Counted from the stretch's first letter, positions 25,105-35,726 are shown. The stretch is DNA of 64,000 nucleotides from a virus (IMGVR_UViG_3300034782_000062:64001-128000); one strand, 5' to 3'. Made by a program: numbers and translations. The notes: generated by a model not told the origin, from the sequence alone.

Positions 25105-25384
25105 CCTTGGCCCGTGAAAGCAATCTCTGTCCGCAGGGGGGCGGCAACAGTGCCGCCCCCCTGCGAGACGGAAACGCTGTTTCAGCCAAATTGGTCTGCC
25201 CAGCCCTCGACGCGCTCAACCGCGTTTTACTCAACCCAAAAACTTCAAATCCTGAGGATGTTTTATTTCTAATGCACGAAGAGTGCTGGGATGACATTCT
25301 CTTTGACATCGGCGTTATAAATGAGCATGAACTATTTGTTCGCCATGCTGCATTTGGACGCCTATTCTCACGGAGATAAACACC

Positions 25385-27292
25385 ATGCCCGTCATCAAAA
25401 TGCGCTACTATCAGGACGAGGCGCTCAAAGCCCTCGACCAAGGACGACGTGACGGAAAACGAAAGCAGCTCGTCGTCCTCCCAACGGGTTCGGGCAAAAC
25501 AATCGTTGCTGCAGAAGACATCAGGCGCGTTGTCACCAAGACTGGGAAAGGCGCCGTCTTCATGGCCCATCGAGACGAGCTAATTACCCAACCGGCCCAA
25601 AAAATACCACTCGTTTGGAACGACGCTGAGATCGGTAGAGTCAAAGCGAAAGACAACGAGCTTGGCCGCAAAGTCACCGTCGCATCAGTCCAAACGATTC
25701 AAAGAGAAAAACGCCTCGCTCAAGTCATTGGAGCACAGGAGTATTCTCTCCTCTACATCGACGAAGCTCACCACGCTACTGCAGACTCCTACCGCATGAT
25801 CATCGACGCCTTCGTAGAAGCCAACCCCAACATCATCATCGTGGGGCTCACGGCCACACCGGTTCGTGCCGACGGCACCCGGATGAGCGAAGTCTTCGCC
25901 GATGTCACCTACCAGAAATCAATGCTCGACCTCATCGAGGACGGCTTCCTCTCCGACCTGGAGCTGGAGCAAGTCCCCCTCGACGTATCGATCGATGGAA
26001 TCCCTCGCCGTGCAGGCGACCTCAAGCCCGCCGAGGTGCGCCGAGTCGTCACCAGGACAGACATTATGGTCGCCATGGTCGATGCCTGGAAAAACCGTGC
26101 GTCCTCACGACGAACCATCGCCTTCGCGGTAGACGTCGAGCACGCTCACCAGCTCGCTCAATGCTTCAAGTCTCGCGGAGTCAAGTCCGACGTCATTTTT
26201 GGCGACATGCCTCAGACTGACCGCAGGGCGAAGCTCGATGCCTTCCAACGTGGGAAGCTCGACGTCTTGGTCAACTGTATGATCTTGACCGAGGGCTTCG
26301 ATGACATCGCGCTGGATGAGGCACCTCCACTGTCCTGCATTATGCTCGCTCGACCCACCCTCTCTCAATCGCTCTATATTCAGCAAATCGGTCGAGGCAC
26401 CCGACCCGACCCCATGAAGGACAACTGCCTCATCCTCGATTTCTCGTATAACTCCAAGCGCCACCACATCATTCAGCTCCCCCACCTCTTCGGGCTCGAA
26501 AGGCTGAGAGGATTTGAGAAGAAAAAGAAGGAGGAGGAAGACGCCGAGGCACAGGAAAAGCACATCCCCTCGATTCTTGCGGCTGTCCGCGAAGCTCAGA
26601 AAGTCGATATCCGCAAGCCGCCACCCCGCGCCGGATTCAGGTGGGCTCGCAGCCAGTACGGCTTCGCCCTGTCCATCGGCAAGGAGCACGGTTTCATGGT
26701 CATCCGTCCTGTGGATGACGACAACCCAACGGAATTTGACGTCTATCACTTCGAGCCGCCTCGCGAAGACCTCGATGAGTCGCCATCGGGCAACCAGTTC
26801 GAGCTGGTCGCCCCCGGCGATACGCCGAAACCCAAGGCAAACAAAAAGCGGCGCATTCCTCGCAGCGAGGAGTATGCCGAACACAAGCTGACCTCGAAGC
26901 CGCTCAGCTTCGACTGGGCCTTCGGCCTAGCCGAGGACGCCTGTCGTGAGCTTCACGAGACCAGGTCAAAGGGTCGGAAGATGGCGAAGACAAAAATCAT
27001 CGATCGCGACGCCGACTGGCTCGCTCTCCCGCCGACCAACCAGCAGCTCAACGTCCTGGCCCGCACCGGGAAGAAGCCGAAGAGCCGTGGTGAAGCAACA
27101 AACATGATTACCACCATGATCATCGAACGCATCATTCGCGAGCGCGTCCCCGCGACGAAAAAGCAACTCGGCTTTCTTCGCTGGAAGAAGATCCCCTTCG
27201 ACAAAGGCATTACGAAGAGCATGGCTTCCAGGCTCATTGGCGAGTGGCACAAACAGCAAAAGGAGGGTCAACCACAGAAAGGCGGTACATGA
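25385..27292 (+). CDS. Superfamily 2 DEAH helicase (ResIII/Irc3-like)
   Basis: LPTGSGKT, IDEAHH, TATP, LTEGFD, QQIGRGTR. Confidence 0.92.
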   Translation: MPVIKMRYYQDEALKALDQGRRDGKRKQLVVLPTGSGKTIVAAEDIRRVVTKTGKGAVFMAHRDELITQPAQKIPLVWNDAEIGRVKAKDNELGRKVTVASVQTIQREKRLAQVIGAQEYSLLYIDEAHHATADSYRMIIDAFVEANPNIIIVGLTATPVRADGTRMSEVFADVTYQKSMLDLIEDGFLSDLELEQVPLDVSIDGIPRRAGDLKPAEVRRVVTRTDIMVAMVDAWKNRASSRRTIAFAVDVEHAHQLAQCFKSRGVKSDVIFGDMPQTDRRAKLDAFQRGKLDVLVNCMILTEGFDDIALDEAPPLSCIMLARPTLSQSLYIQQIGRGTRPDPMKDNCLILDFSYNSKRHHIIQLPHLFGLERLRGFEKKKKEEEDAEAQEKHIPSILAAVREAQKVDIRKPPPRAGFRWARSQYGFALSIGKEHGFMVIRPVDDDNPTEFDVYHFEPPREDLDESPSGNQFELVAPGDTPKPKANKKRRIPRSEEYAEHKLTSKPLSFDWAFGLAEDACRELHETRSKGRKMAKTKIIDRDADWLALPPTNQQLNVLARTGKKPKSRGEATNMITTMIIERIIRERVPATKKQLGFLRWKKIPFDKGITKSMASRLIGEWHKQQKEGQPQKGGT

Positions 27293-27699
27293 TGGAAGAA
27301 GGGCAGACTGTCCTGTTCCGGTTTCACGACAAGGAGCGTCCGTCTATCGTCCTCACAATCGACCGCCAGAACGGCTATGCCACAATCGTCATCGGATCTA
27401 CCGTTCTCAAACCCGACAAGCTCCCCGTTCAGGTTGAGTGCAATTCTCGCGCCGGTCGCCAGATGAGCCTGCATCACGATACGTACTTCTACGACGACAA
27501 AGTGATGATGGTCCCGCTCGATTCTCTTTTTCCACTCCCGAAGCCCACGAGCTGTCCTCACGAGGTCTTTCGGCATCTGAGGCACCTGCTCGCCACGCAA
27601 CGATTCGACCCTCACCTCAAGACCATGCATGAGAGAAAACCGCGCAAATCGAAGATCCTTTCGGTCTGCTTGGGAGATCTCATTAAGCATCGGTCCTAA
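27289..27699 (+). CDS. Hypothetical protein
   Basis: ATGA overlap with the helicase stop. Confidence 0.65.
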   Translation: MMEEGQTVLFRFHDKERPSIVLTIDRQNGYATIVIGSTVLKPDKLPVQVECNSRAGRQMSLHHDTYFYDDKVMMVPLDSLFPLPKPTSCPHEVFRHLRHLLATQRFDPHLKTMHERKPRKSKILSVCLGDLIKHRS

Positions 27700-27807
27700 A
27701 TTCCACCAAAACCCTACGCTATGGGAGGCTTAGCTGCCTCTCATGGCGTCCATCACACATGCCCCTGTTGCATGTGTTACATTGCTATGATAGAAGGGAT
27801 GAGACCC

Positions 27808-28161
27808 ATGAATAAGAAGGATTCATTGGCCAGGAGGGAAGGAGGTGGCGTCAGGAGGATGGAAGAGCCCATGGACATCGAGGTCGTGGGTCGCCGTCAG
27901 CCGACGAGCCTCCAAACAATCTTTCCCTGGTTCCGAATGAGCTACCACAGCGTGACGCGGGTTGGAGGTCAGACCCACGTCGTGCACAAGGAGATGACCT
28001 ACGAGGACGGCCACCTGGAGACTGCTGAGTTTGAGGGCGTCACCGACCCTGAAGCCTACAACGAATCCGTCGCCCAGATGCAAGAAACGTGGTTCGGCAT
28101 GATGCGCGCCTTCGGAGGCCCAGTCATGTCCCTATTCCTTCCACCACCCCGAAAAAAATAA
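27808..28161 (+). CDS. Hypothetical protein
   Basis: ORF within the co-oriented run; start codon uncertain. Confidence 0.6.
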   Translation: MNKKDSLARREGGGVRRMEEPMDIEVVGRRQPTSLQTIFPWFRMSYHSVTRVGGQTHVVHKEMTYEDGHLETAEFEGVTDPEAYNESVAQMQETWFGMMRAFGGPVMSLFLPPPRKK

Positions 28162-28514
28162 TGAAAGAGCCACAGTACATATGGTGCGCGTGGCGCACCA
28201 AAAGTGGGTGGTCTGCCCGGCACGCGGTCCCGACTCGTGAAGATGATAATCCTGAGGACGTCAAGGGATTTTTCACCATGTGCATGAAGCGAGTCCCAGA
28301 TGACGCCCGCGAATACGACAGTTGCCCACATGGTCCCATCGCTTCTCGCGCTGCAGAGCGTTTTCTTTGCACCGTCTTCGGCATCGATCGATCCAGCGGT
28401 GACGATATCTGTCGTCACTGCAAACGCATTCTCGAAAGGCTTTCAAAAGAAGATGACGCACCCCCTTCAGAAACACATCAAGAGCGGACGACTTCGGGCG
28501 AGGCGACTCGGTAG
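28161..28514 (+). CDS. Hypothetical protein with Cys motifs
   Basis: TAATG coupling. Confidence 0.6.
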   Translation: MKEPQYIWCAWRTKSGWSARHAVPTREDDNPEDVKGFFTMCMKRVPDDAREYDSCPHGPIASRAAERFLCTVFGIDRSSGDDICRHCKRILERLSKEDDAPPSETHQERTTSGEATR

Positions 28515-28827
28515 ACCCTATGCAGCCATCATGGTCGAGCGAAAAGGCAACACCCTCCGAATCATCCCAGATCAGCTCCACATTCTGAAGCACGACATCT
28601 ACGTCGTAGAGCTGCCAGAGGACATCACCGTGCTGCCGCCTCTTGGAAACGAGCCGGTTCAATCATCCTCAAGATTCTGGATAACCACAGAGACATTCGA
28701 CCCATACCACGCTGTCCTCGACTGGGATGGCGTTCACAAGGAAATTCCACATGAGCGCAAAATCAACAACGAAGGTCAAGGCGACCTTCAAGGGAGAGGT
28801 GTTCACCTTTCTGACGACCAGCTTTGA
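28453..28827 (+). CDS. Hypothetical protein
   Basis: Overlaps both neighbours; start codon uncertain. Confidence 0.45.
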   Translation: MTHPLQKHIKSGRLRARRLGRPYAAIMVERKGNTLRIIPDQLHILKHDIYVVELPEDITVLPPLGNEPVQSSSRFWITTETFDPYHAVLDWDGVHKEIPHERKINNEGQGDLQGRGVHLSDDQL

Positions 28828-29167
28828 CATCGACGCGGCGATCGAGCTTTGCAAGGACAAGGAGCCCGAGGAGGCCGGCATCGAGAGCGTCTTCTCGATG
28901 TTCGCCCTAATCGCCATCGACAAGAAGTACGCCGAGAGCGACGAGGTCGATCTTACAAAGCCCATCATCGTCGCGAAGATAACAACACTGAAAGACACCT
29001 CTGAAGAGAAGCCGATGATGATCCCTATTGACGGATGGCACCGGCTCTGGAAGGCACATAAGAAGGGTGTGACCACCCTGCCCGTTTTTGTCCTGGAGGG
29101 ATGGGAAACTGATCTCATCATGAAGTCGCCTAACCGTAAGCGACGGCGGAGGAAGAAGGCCGGATGA
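28751..29167 (+). CDS. Small ParB/Srx-like domain protein
   Basis: DLTKPIIV...IPIDGWHRL.KA...LPV pattern. Confidence 0.65.
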   Translation: MSAKSTTKVKATFKGEVFTFLTTSFDIDAAIELCKDKEPEEAGIESVFSMFALIAIDKKYAESDEVDLTKPIIVAKITTLKDTSEEKPMMIPIDGWHRLWKAHKKGVTTLPVFVLEGWETDLIMKSPNRKRRRRKKAG

Positions 29168-29778
29168 GCGATCAAGAAAAAGACCCACTCCATGATTTCA
29201 CCCACCGGAGCGGCCTGAGAGTTCGCGTTCCCAAGTGCTTCAGCCTCTTCAGGCATCCTCCGGACGAACAGGTCATTCAAATTGTAGATGGCGATCGGCG
29301 CGTCAGTTTCAACATCGCCCTGCTCGACGACATCGTCGCCTACATGAAGGCCCTGGCCTGGTATGAAGGCGACGCAATGACACCAGCAAGCCCCGACTGG
29401 CCAGCGTTCGAGTCACTACTCAGAAGCAAGAAAGGTATCGACCTCAAGCCCGAGTGGGAAAACAAGAAAGCAAGGGCACAAGGGGCTTATACATACAACT
29501 GCTCCTGCTCTGAGCGCCCCGAAGGTTGGACTTGGGACCGCAAAACGGATCGCTGGCCCAAGGCAATGAACATCCTGAGGACCCACTTTCCACGCTACGA
29601 CAGGCAAGACACCGCAGCTTACTGGGTCCAGGTCGGCGCCGACTGCGACTGCCTTGTTGCTTTCAACGTTGGCGGCGAGCTGGACAAGGGATATCGCAGA
29701 CTGATCTCGGACCAGATTCGATGGTCCGAACGAAGGGATGGAGGAAGGTCGGATGACAGACGAACAGAAGGCGGCTGA
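29164..29778 (+). CDS. Hypothetical protein with DUF2695-like C-terminus
   Basis: GADCDCLVAFNV resembles the DUF2695 G.CDCEV..NV motif. Confidence 0.55.
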   Translation: MSDQEKDPLHDFTHRSGLRVRVPKCFSLFRHPPDEQVIQIVDGDRRVSFNIALLDDIVAYMKALAWYEGDAMTPASPDWPAFESLLRSKKGIDLKPEWENKKARAQGAYTYNCSCSERPEGWTWDRKTDRWPKAMNILRTHFPRYDRQDTAAYWVQVGADCDCLVAFNVGGELDKGYRRLISDQIRWSERRDGGRSDDRRTEGG

Positions 29779-30241
29779 GGAGACCGTCGAGCAACAAGAG
29801 GCGCCCCCGGCTGTGGAGGTCGGAAACGGCGAAAAAATCACCTATGACCAGCTCGAAGAGTTCTTCATCGAAGAAGGTCAGTGGCTCGAAGGACAGATTG
29901 CCGAGGAGCAGCAGACACACCAATCCTGCCCTCTGTGCTCGGGTCTACCCAACGTCTTCAGGATGCTGATGCAGGCTGCACGCGCCGCACTGGAGAACGC
30001 CGACACCATGATGGAGAAGGGCTACAGCGAGCAGCGGGTCATCGGGCAGCTCCTCCGTGAGAAGGTCTGGTACGAGACGACCAAGGGAGTCATCAATGAG
30101 ATGTTCCAGATCGGTCACAAGCCCGGCGCCATAATGAGCGCCCACCCCGAGCTGGCTATCAGCAAGAGCAAGCGCCGTCAGATCAAGAGCGGCAAGCACA
30201 AGCGCAAGATGGCACGGGAGGCGCGAAGAAAGAACCGCTGA
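29753..30241 (+). CDS. Hypothetical protein, basic C-terminus
   Basis: SD GGAGG. Confidence 0.7.
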   Translation: MTDEQKAAEETVEQQEAPPAVEVGNGEKITYDQLEEFFIEEGQWLEGQIAEEQQTHQSCPLCSGLPNVFRMLMQAARAALENADTMMEKGYSEQRVIGQLLREKVWYETTKGVINEMFQIGHKPGAIMSAHPELAISKSKRRQIKSGKHKRKMAREARRKNR

Positions 30242-30636
30242 TGCAAGACGACGAAAAGGAAAAAACCGCTCTGGAGCTACTCGGAGAGTGGCACCAGCAC
30301 GTCGAAGCCATCGACAGTCTCGAAGACCGTCTACGGGAGATGCGAGAGATGGACGACCCGTGCCTCATCTGCATGGAGGCCATCGCCATGGTTATCTCTA
30401 CCAACCGCGTCCTGAAGGAGTCCATGGACTCCATCGCCAAGCAAATCTCCTCTGGGGGCGCAGACCTCGAAGGCATGACCTTCATGATGAACCTGTACAA
30501 CCAGTGGCACACCATTGCGAGCGCCTGCGTCATGAGGATGGCTCACGCGGGGCACAGAGAAATTGAAGCGGCCCAGGTCGTCCGTGCCGATGGCTGCATC
30601 AAAGAAACTTTCAACCGAACAATCACGGACTCATAA
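30241..30636 (+). CDS. Hypothetical helical protein
   Basis: TGATG coupling. Confidence 0.7.
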   Translation: MQDDEKEKTALELLGEWHQHVEAIDSLEDRLREMREMDDPCLICMEAIAMVISTNRVLKESMDSIAKQISSGGADLEGMTFMMNLYNQWHTIASACVMRMAHAGHREIEAAQVVRADGCIKETFNRTITDS

Positions 30637-30667
30637 ACACAATTCCGAGGAGAACAGGAGAACCACC

Positions 30668-32251
30668 ATGGGTATCAAAGGACTTCAGACCAGGATGGCA
30701 ATCCTGGGTCACATCAAAATCGGGGGTAAGAAGAAGGTCAACCGCCCAGCGGACAAGGGTGGTCCCTACCTGCGACCGGTGAAGTTCGACCACTTCGTCG
30801 TCACCACGACGGACCAGGACGAGCTGGGCTACATCAAGGACGATGTCCTGATGAACAAGCTTATGAGTGACCAGCTCAACATTCTCGTCGCCGAACATAC
30901 CGAGAAAATCTATAACGAGGGCGGCGAGCTGGTGAAGACAGTCCAGACCATCTCCACCGATGAGCTGCGCAAGCAGAACAGCGTGCTGCGCCGCATCCTC
31001 GTCGCGCTCCCCTTCGACGACCCCGACCAGAACCTCGTAACCTCGCTGGCCATCTACGATCGTGAGGGCTGCCGGTGCCGCGGTGATGCCGAGAGCGCCG
31101 ACTGGGTCGATCCTCGCACCGGCGAAGTCTCGAAGGTCAAATGCCCCTGCAACCTCTTCATGGCCAAGCTCCATCCTGATGACGAGCCTGACCAGCGCCC
31201 TGCTCACGAGAAGGGCCTCAAACCCAATCCGAAGAAGGGCGTCACCTGCAAGGCCAATGGCAACCTGCGCGTGATGATCGCCCGCGCCAAGACGCTCGGC
31301 GGAATCCACCAGTTCCGTACAACCTCGATGAACTCCATCACCCAGCTCATGGCTGCCATGAACCAGGTACGGGAAATCACTGGTGGGCTACTGGCCGGCG
31401 TTCCGATGGCGCTGGAGGTCTACCCCAAGAAGGTGAGCCCCGGCCCAAACCAGAAGCCGCAGACCGTCTACGTCGTTACACTGACTCACCGCGCCAGCAT
31501 CAACGACTTCCTCCGTGACGTCGCTGAGCAGACAGCTCTCAGAGAGAGCATGCGCAAGCAGATCGCCGCCAAAGAGATCCTGGAGCTTCCAGCGCCTGGC
31601 ATGGAAAGCCGCTTCGAGCAGGTCGCGATCGGTCAGGAATACTATGGTACCGAAGCCGCTGCCTTCGTCTCCGCGACGGGCGAAGAACTCGCAGCACTCC
31701 CAGAGGTCGTCGCAGATGTGTCCGGGGAGGAGCGGGAGAAGGCTGATGAGCCCAAGAAGAAGACCGGGTCCAAGAAGCAACAGGGCGACGAAAGCGCCGA
31801 GAAGGCCCCTGAGAAGACCGAAGAGCCTGAGCCGACCGAGGAGTCTGGACAGAGCGAAGCGCCTCAGGAGGAGGCTCAGCCGCCTCAGGAGAAGGCTCAG
31901 AGCCCTGATGAGGACCAAGGCAAAAATTCGTCGGGGGACGGCTCTGACAGCAAGGACGACGGAACTGCCGATAGTCCTCAGGATGATCCAGGAGACCAGG
32001 GAGAAAATCCTGAAGACGAAGAAAGAACTCAGCTCCCTGATGTCGACATCGAGCCACCTGAAGGGGCGGATATGTCGAACGCCAGCAAGGACTTGCGCAA
32101 GTCGTTCTTTAAGAAGGCACGCTCGGCTGGATTCACCGACAGTGCAATCCGTGACTGGATGAGTGAGCTGTGGAACATCCAGTCCTCGGCCAAACTCCTC
32201 ACCTGGCAGACGGAGGCGATGATCGCAGCCATCGACGGCCTGAAGAAATAG
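30668..32251 (+). CDS. Gp3-like (recombination directionality factor-like) protein with acidic linker
   Basis: IKGL..R...LG.IKIG...P.KFDHFVVT N-terminus; C.C.GD and CK..G.L motifs; G...FRTTS.NSI. Confidence 0.7.
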   Translation: MGIKGLQTRMAILGHIKIGGKKKVNRPADKGGPYLRPVKFDHFVVTTTDQDELGYIKDDVLMNKLMSDQLNILVAEHTEKIYNEGGELVKTVQTISTDELRKQNSVLRRILVALPFDDPDQNLVTSLAIYDREGCRCRGDAESADWVDPRTGEVSKVKCPCNLFMAKLHPDDEPDQRPAHEKGLKPNPKKGVTCKANGNLRVMIARAKTLGGIHQFRTTSMNSITQLMAAMNQVREITGGLLAGVPMALEVYPKKVSPGPNQKPQTVYVVTLTHRASINDFLRDVAEQTALRESMRKQIAAKEILELPAPGMESRFEQVAIGQEYYGTEAAAFVSATGEELAALPEVVADVSGEEREKADEPKKKTGSKKQQGDESAEKAPEKTEEPEPTEESGQSEAPQEEAQPPQEKAQSPDEDQGKNSSGDGSDSKDDGTADSPQDDPGDQGENPEDEERTQLPDVDIEPPEGADMSNASKDLRKSFFKKARSAGFTDSAIRDWMSELWNIQSSAKLLTWQTEAMIAAIDGLKK

Positions 32252-32264
32252 AACGGAGGCCCCA

Positions 32265-32921
32265 ATGGCAAAAAAGTCCGGTCGTCACAAATCTGTCTAC
32301 CTCCCCGAAGAGCTTGCCAAGAAGCTCGAAGGTCGATCGGATATCAACTTCAGCCGCGTCTGTCGCGCTGCCCTGGAGCAAGCGTGCAGCTCGGACGAAG
32401 AACGTGAGACATCCGAAGCGGCTGCTCTCGCCAGCCTCTCCAAGGCTGAAGATGAGCTTCGCACCATCCGATCTGCAATGGAAGGCATCGCTCGGCGAGC
32501 CGCCAGGCAGGCAGGAATGGTCGTCCTCACCGGAGACGAGGCAGAAACCTACAACAGCATCCTCGAAACGGGGATCAATGCCTTCGTCCTCAAGACGAAA
32601 AAAGAGGGAGTGGAGGAATACAAGGAGGAAATCCAGAAAAAGAAACGAGCAACCATCAAGAAAACCCAGAGCAAAGCTGCGCGCCTCGCCAGACATAAAG
32701 ACGTTGATGACACTTCGGACCCAGACGCAGTCCAAAGGACGCATGAGCTGACGGAAGAGGTCATGGCGGACCCGTCATCGAACTGTGTCGACTGTGGTGA
32801 CGCCGCAGACGTTCACTGTAAAAACTGCGGCAAGCCGCTATGTTGGAGCTGCTGGACTGGCGACTCCCCAGACGAGGGGCTTACTGCTGTGCAGCTCTGC
32901 TCCAACTGCCTGGGTGCGTAA
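32265..32921 (+). CDS. Ribbon-helix-helix (CcdA/Arc-like) DNA-binding protein with C-terminal Cys-rich Zn domain
   Basis: KSVYLPEELAKKL...INFSRVCRAALE; CVDC...HCKNC..PLC..C...C..C. Confidence 0.65.
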   Translation: MAKKSGRHKSVYLPEELAKKLEGRSDINFSRVCRAALEQACSSDEERETSEAAALASLSKAEDELRTIRSAMEGIARRAARQAGMVVLTGDEAETYNSILETGINAFVLKTKKEGVEEYKEEIQKKKRATIKKTQSKAARLARHKDVDDTSDPDAVQRTHELTEEVMADPSSNCVDCGDAADVHCKNCGKPLCWSCWTGDSPDEGLTAVQLCSNCLGA

Positions 32922-32928
32922 CAACCTT

Positions 32929-32964
32929 GGGCGCGGTAGGCATCTCGCAACGCCTACCGCGCCC
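32929..32964. terminator. Perfect 13-bp hairpin between convergent transcription units
   Basis: GGGCGCGGTAGGC-10 nt-GCCTACCGCGCCC, short T run downstream. Confidence 0.6.
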
Positions 32965-33011
32965 CCACCTTTTCCCATCCCGAATCATTTCACTCGGAGC
33001 GGCCGGTTGAT

Positions 33012-35726
33012 TCAGGAAGAATCCGGCGCCCCGGGATCTTCATCATCTGGAGGACTCGGCCCTCCATCACCTGAGGCAGCTTGGTGCGCCTCCTTGTAGT
33101 CTTTGTAGAACTTGTCGAAAAACTCTTTCTCAGGATATTGCGGCGTCGTACCGCCACCAGCGAACGGGTCTGGCATGTTATCGACCAGCGAGTCAGCATA
33201 CTCGTCTAGATCGAAGTCCATTTCATTCACTGGTTTTTCGTGCTCCTCCTGTGGAGGAGGTGTCTTCTCCTCATCGACATGGGCTGGCAGGAGAGACTCG
33301 ACTTCAGGCTGCGCCTGGGCCGTCTCCTCGGCATCGTCTTCGTAGTGCTCGTCATCGTCGATACCAGGCTCACGAGTAGCGGCCTTGAGCTGATCGAGAA
33401 CCTCGACTACTTTCTCAGAGTCTCCCCATATACGGATGTTTCGACGACCGTACTTGACCATCTGAGGGACGATTCCTCGCATCTCCTCCAGGTACTGCTG
33501 ACGGACTCCGGGATATACCCCCTGGGCACGAACCACGGCGACCATGTGAACCATGCTCTCGTAGCTGGTAAAGAACTCCTGGTCGGACTTGATACCTCCG
33601 ACCTCCCACCAATTCACGAACTGATGATGTCGGTTGATAAACGCCGAGAAGGCATCGGTCCACCCACCGACAGCCTTGAAGATCTTATGGATGGAGCTGT
33701 AGATGTCGTTCCGATTGACGTCAGGCTGATGCATCACCTTGTTGATGACGCCTGGCATCTCCAGGTAGATATTCAGTTTCATCGCCGAGAAGATGACAAT
33801 CCTTTGTGGCTTTTCTCTTGGCTTCGATGGTCTAATTCGGAACAGCGCCTGAAGTAGCTCCTTCTCCTGACGAGCCTCCTTGTGTACCCGAACCCTATCG
33901 TCGACCGGAGTAAATCCAGGCTTCTTCGTATCCCAATTGAGCGGCTCTTCACCAGCGAAGACAGCGTTACAGAAGTTGCGCTCGGCGATGACGTTTGAGA
34001 AAGGCGACCCCACGATGACGATTGCGTCATAGTCGCCGTAAGAGTCGTCACCACGGTCCATCCAAAACCACTTGATGACGTAGTTTGTCATCCCGTAGAC
34101 GTCTTTGTTCGCCTTGATCCTCTCTTCGAGCCATTCAGCATAGCGCTTCTGCGTGTAGAACAAGACCTTCATCCCCTTGAGCTGTCTCAGCTCGGGGTCG
34201 ACGTACTGATCGAAAATTTGATCCTTTTTCTTGTCCATCACAGCGCGCGACGTCTTGACATCAGGGTAGCGCTTGACCGTAACGTTCTTTCGCACCTTGC
34301 AATGAACTTCACGGACCTCGACCTCTCGGTTACACACACGGTCAGAAATTTCTTTCTCGCCGTAGGCATCGAGTAGGACAAGTGGGCCACCGTACTTGAT
34401 CCTCCGAACGCTGTCCCAGAAGTAGGTCCATCCCGTCGAGGCATCCCATCGGAGCGACACCTTATAGGCCGTCTCCTTGTCCTCGTTTGATTGGTTGACG
34501 ATGTTGAGAATCTCTGCGGCGACGTCGGGCTCCTTATGGTGCGGTAGGCGTTGAAAACGCCATTCCGGCATGTCGTTGAACTCGCCCTTTTTGACCCCTG
34601 TCTCACACGTCGCCGCCTCATTGAGTAACGGGATAAGATCTACCCCCAGCTCACCTGCGGCCTTCTTAAGGACAAGAGCAAGCGCCTTTCCCCACACGAT
34701 GCTGTTGTCGAATACCTTGCAATCAATCAGCGCCTTGAGCAGCTCAGCACCACCGGGCTCCTTCTTTTCCTTGTCTGCCATCCAGCTCATCGGAGCATTG
34801 GCTAGGTAGCGATACTTATCAGCAACGTTCTGCGCATGACGCAATAATGCCCTGAACTTCACCAGCGCATCGCCGTCAATATCTCGGTCAAGCTCCTCGG
34901 TGTTCCACCCGTATATCTCCCGGAACGCAGGAAGCGGATCCTCGTCGATAAGGACGAAGTCGATCGCCTCCTTCATGATCTCACCTTCACAGATCAGGTT
35001 GCCGAGCATGTGGTGCGTCGTCACGACGATGGGCTGCCATCCCCCATCACCCACCGGCACGAAGCCGGCAGCTCTGTAAATATTCTTGAAATATTCGCAG
35101 GCCCCACCGAATCCAGTCTTTTCTCCGTTATTGTCCTTGTAGTGCGGATAGAACGGGCACCGAGCGCAAACGAAGTGCTGTGCCGGGTAGCCCTTCTCTC
35201 TCGCTTTGCAGATTTTGTCGTAGTTGTGGCAGTTCGCGTGGACCTTGATCTCCTCGATATATCCTTCGTCGTCAAGACGACGACGAACATATCCATCGTG
35301 GCGACCTTCGAGCATGATGACAATGTGACCGTAGCCGTAGAATCCACCCTTCAGCCGCTCATATACCTGCCACGCCATGTTGCGAGTAGTTACGCCAATG
35401 AACGGACGGCGCTGCGTCTTGGCCAAATTTGATGCGAGATGAATACCTCCCTCGGTTTTACCAATCCCAGGGGTCGTAACGAAGAGAACGGGTTTGTCGA
35501 GCTGCTCGTCGGCGAGGCCGACAATCTGGTCATGCAGGTTACTGGAAGCACCTTCAAAGGTTTCATGAAGATTGACGTGCTTGAGCTTGGACGAGCCCTT
35601 TGGCTTCCACTTGTTGGAAGTCTTAGGTTTAACGCCGGATTTTTCGAGCTGTTTTTTAAACTCGCTCGCTATTGCCGCGTAGTTACCACCACCTTGCGGC
35701 ACCGACGATGCGGCGTCCTTGCTCAC
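33012..35726 (-). CDS. Putative replication helicase / origin-binding-like protein (divergent SF2)
   Basis: TTPGIGKT, LIDEDP, LLDAYG, ELLQALFRIRP; directly downstream of the primase. Confidence 0.6.
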   Translation of the reverse strand: MSKDAASSVPQGGGNYAAIASEFKKQLEKSGVKPKTSNKWKPKGSSKLKHVNLHETFEGASSNLHDQIVGLADEQLDKPVLFVTTPGIGKTEGGIHLASNLAKTQRRPFIGVTTRNMAWQVYERLKGGFYGYGHIVIMLEGRHDGYVRRRLDDEGYIEEIKVHANCHNYDKICKAREKGYPAQHFVCARCPFYPHYKDNNGEKTGFGGACEYFKNIYRAAGFVPVGDGGWQPIVVTTHHMLGNLICEGEIMKEAIDFVLIDEDPLPAFREIYGWNTEELDRDIDGDALVKFRALLRHAQNVADKYRYLANAPMSWMADKEKKEPGGAELLKALIDCKVFDNSIVWGKALALVLKKAAGELGVDLIPLLNEAATCETGVKKGEFNDMPEWRFQRLPHHKEPDVAAEILNIVNQSNEDKETAYKVSLRWDASTGWTYFWDSVRRIKYGGPLVLLDAYGEKEISDRVCNREVEVREVHCKVRKNVTVKRYPDVKTSRAVMDKKKDQIFDQYVDPELRQLKGMKVLFYTQKRYAEWLEERIKANKDVYGMTNYVIKWFWMDRGDDSYGDYDAIVIVGSPFSNVIAERNFCNAVFAGEEPLNWDTKKPGFTPVDDRVRVHKEARQEKELLQALFRIRPSKPREKPQRIVIFSAMKLNIYLEMPGVINKVMHQPDVNRNDIYSSIHKIFKAVGGWTDAFSAFINRHHQFVNWWEVGGIKSDQEFFTSYESMVHMVAVVRAQGVYPGVRQQYLEEMRGIVPQMVKYGRRNIRIWGDSEKVVEVLDQLKAATREPGIDDDEHYEDDAEETAQAQPEVESLLPAHVDEEKTPPPQEEHEKPVNEMDFDLDEYADSLVDNMPDPFAGGGTTPQYPEKEFFDKFYKDYKEAHQAASGDGGPSPPDDEDPGAPDSS

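Noticed and set aside
25107-25379. 90-aa ORF between the acidic protein and the helicase
   Set aside because: TTG start without an SD, and it overlaps a strong hairpin and a palindrome site; more likely regulatory, though a short gene from ATG 25272 cannot be excluded.
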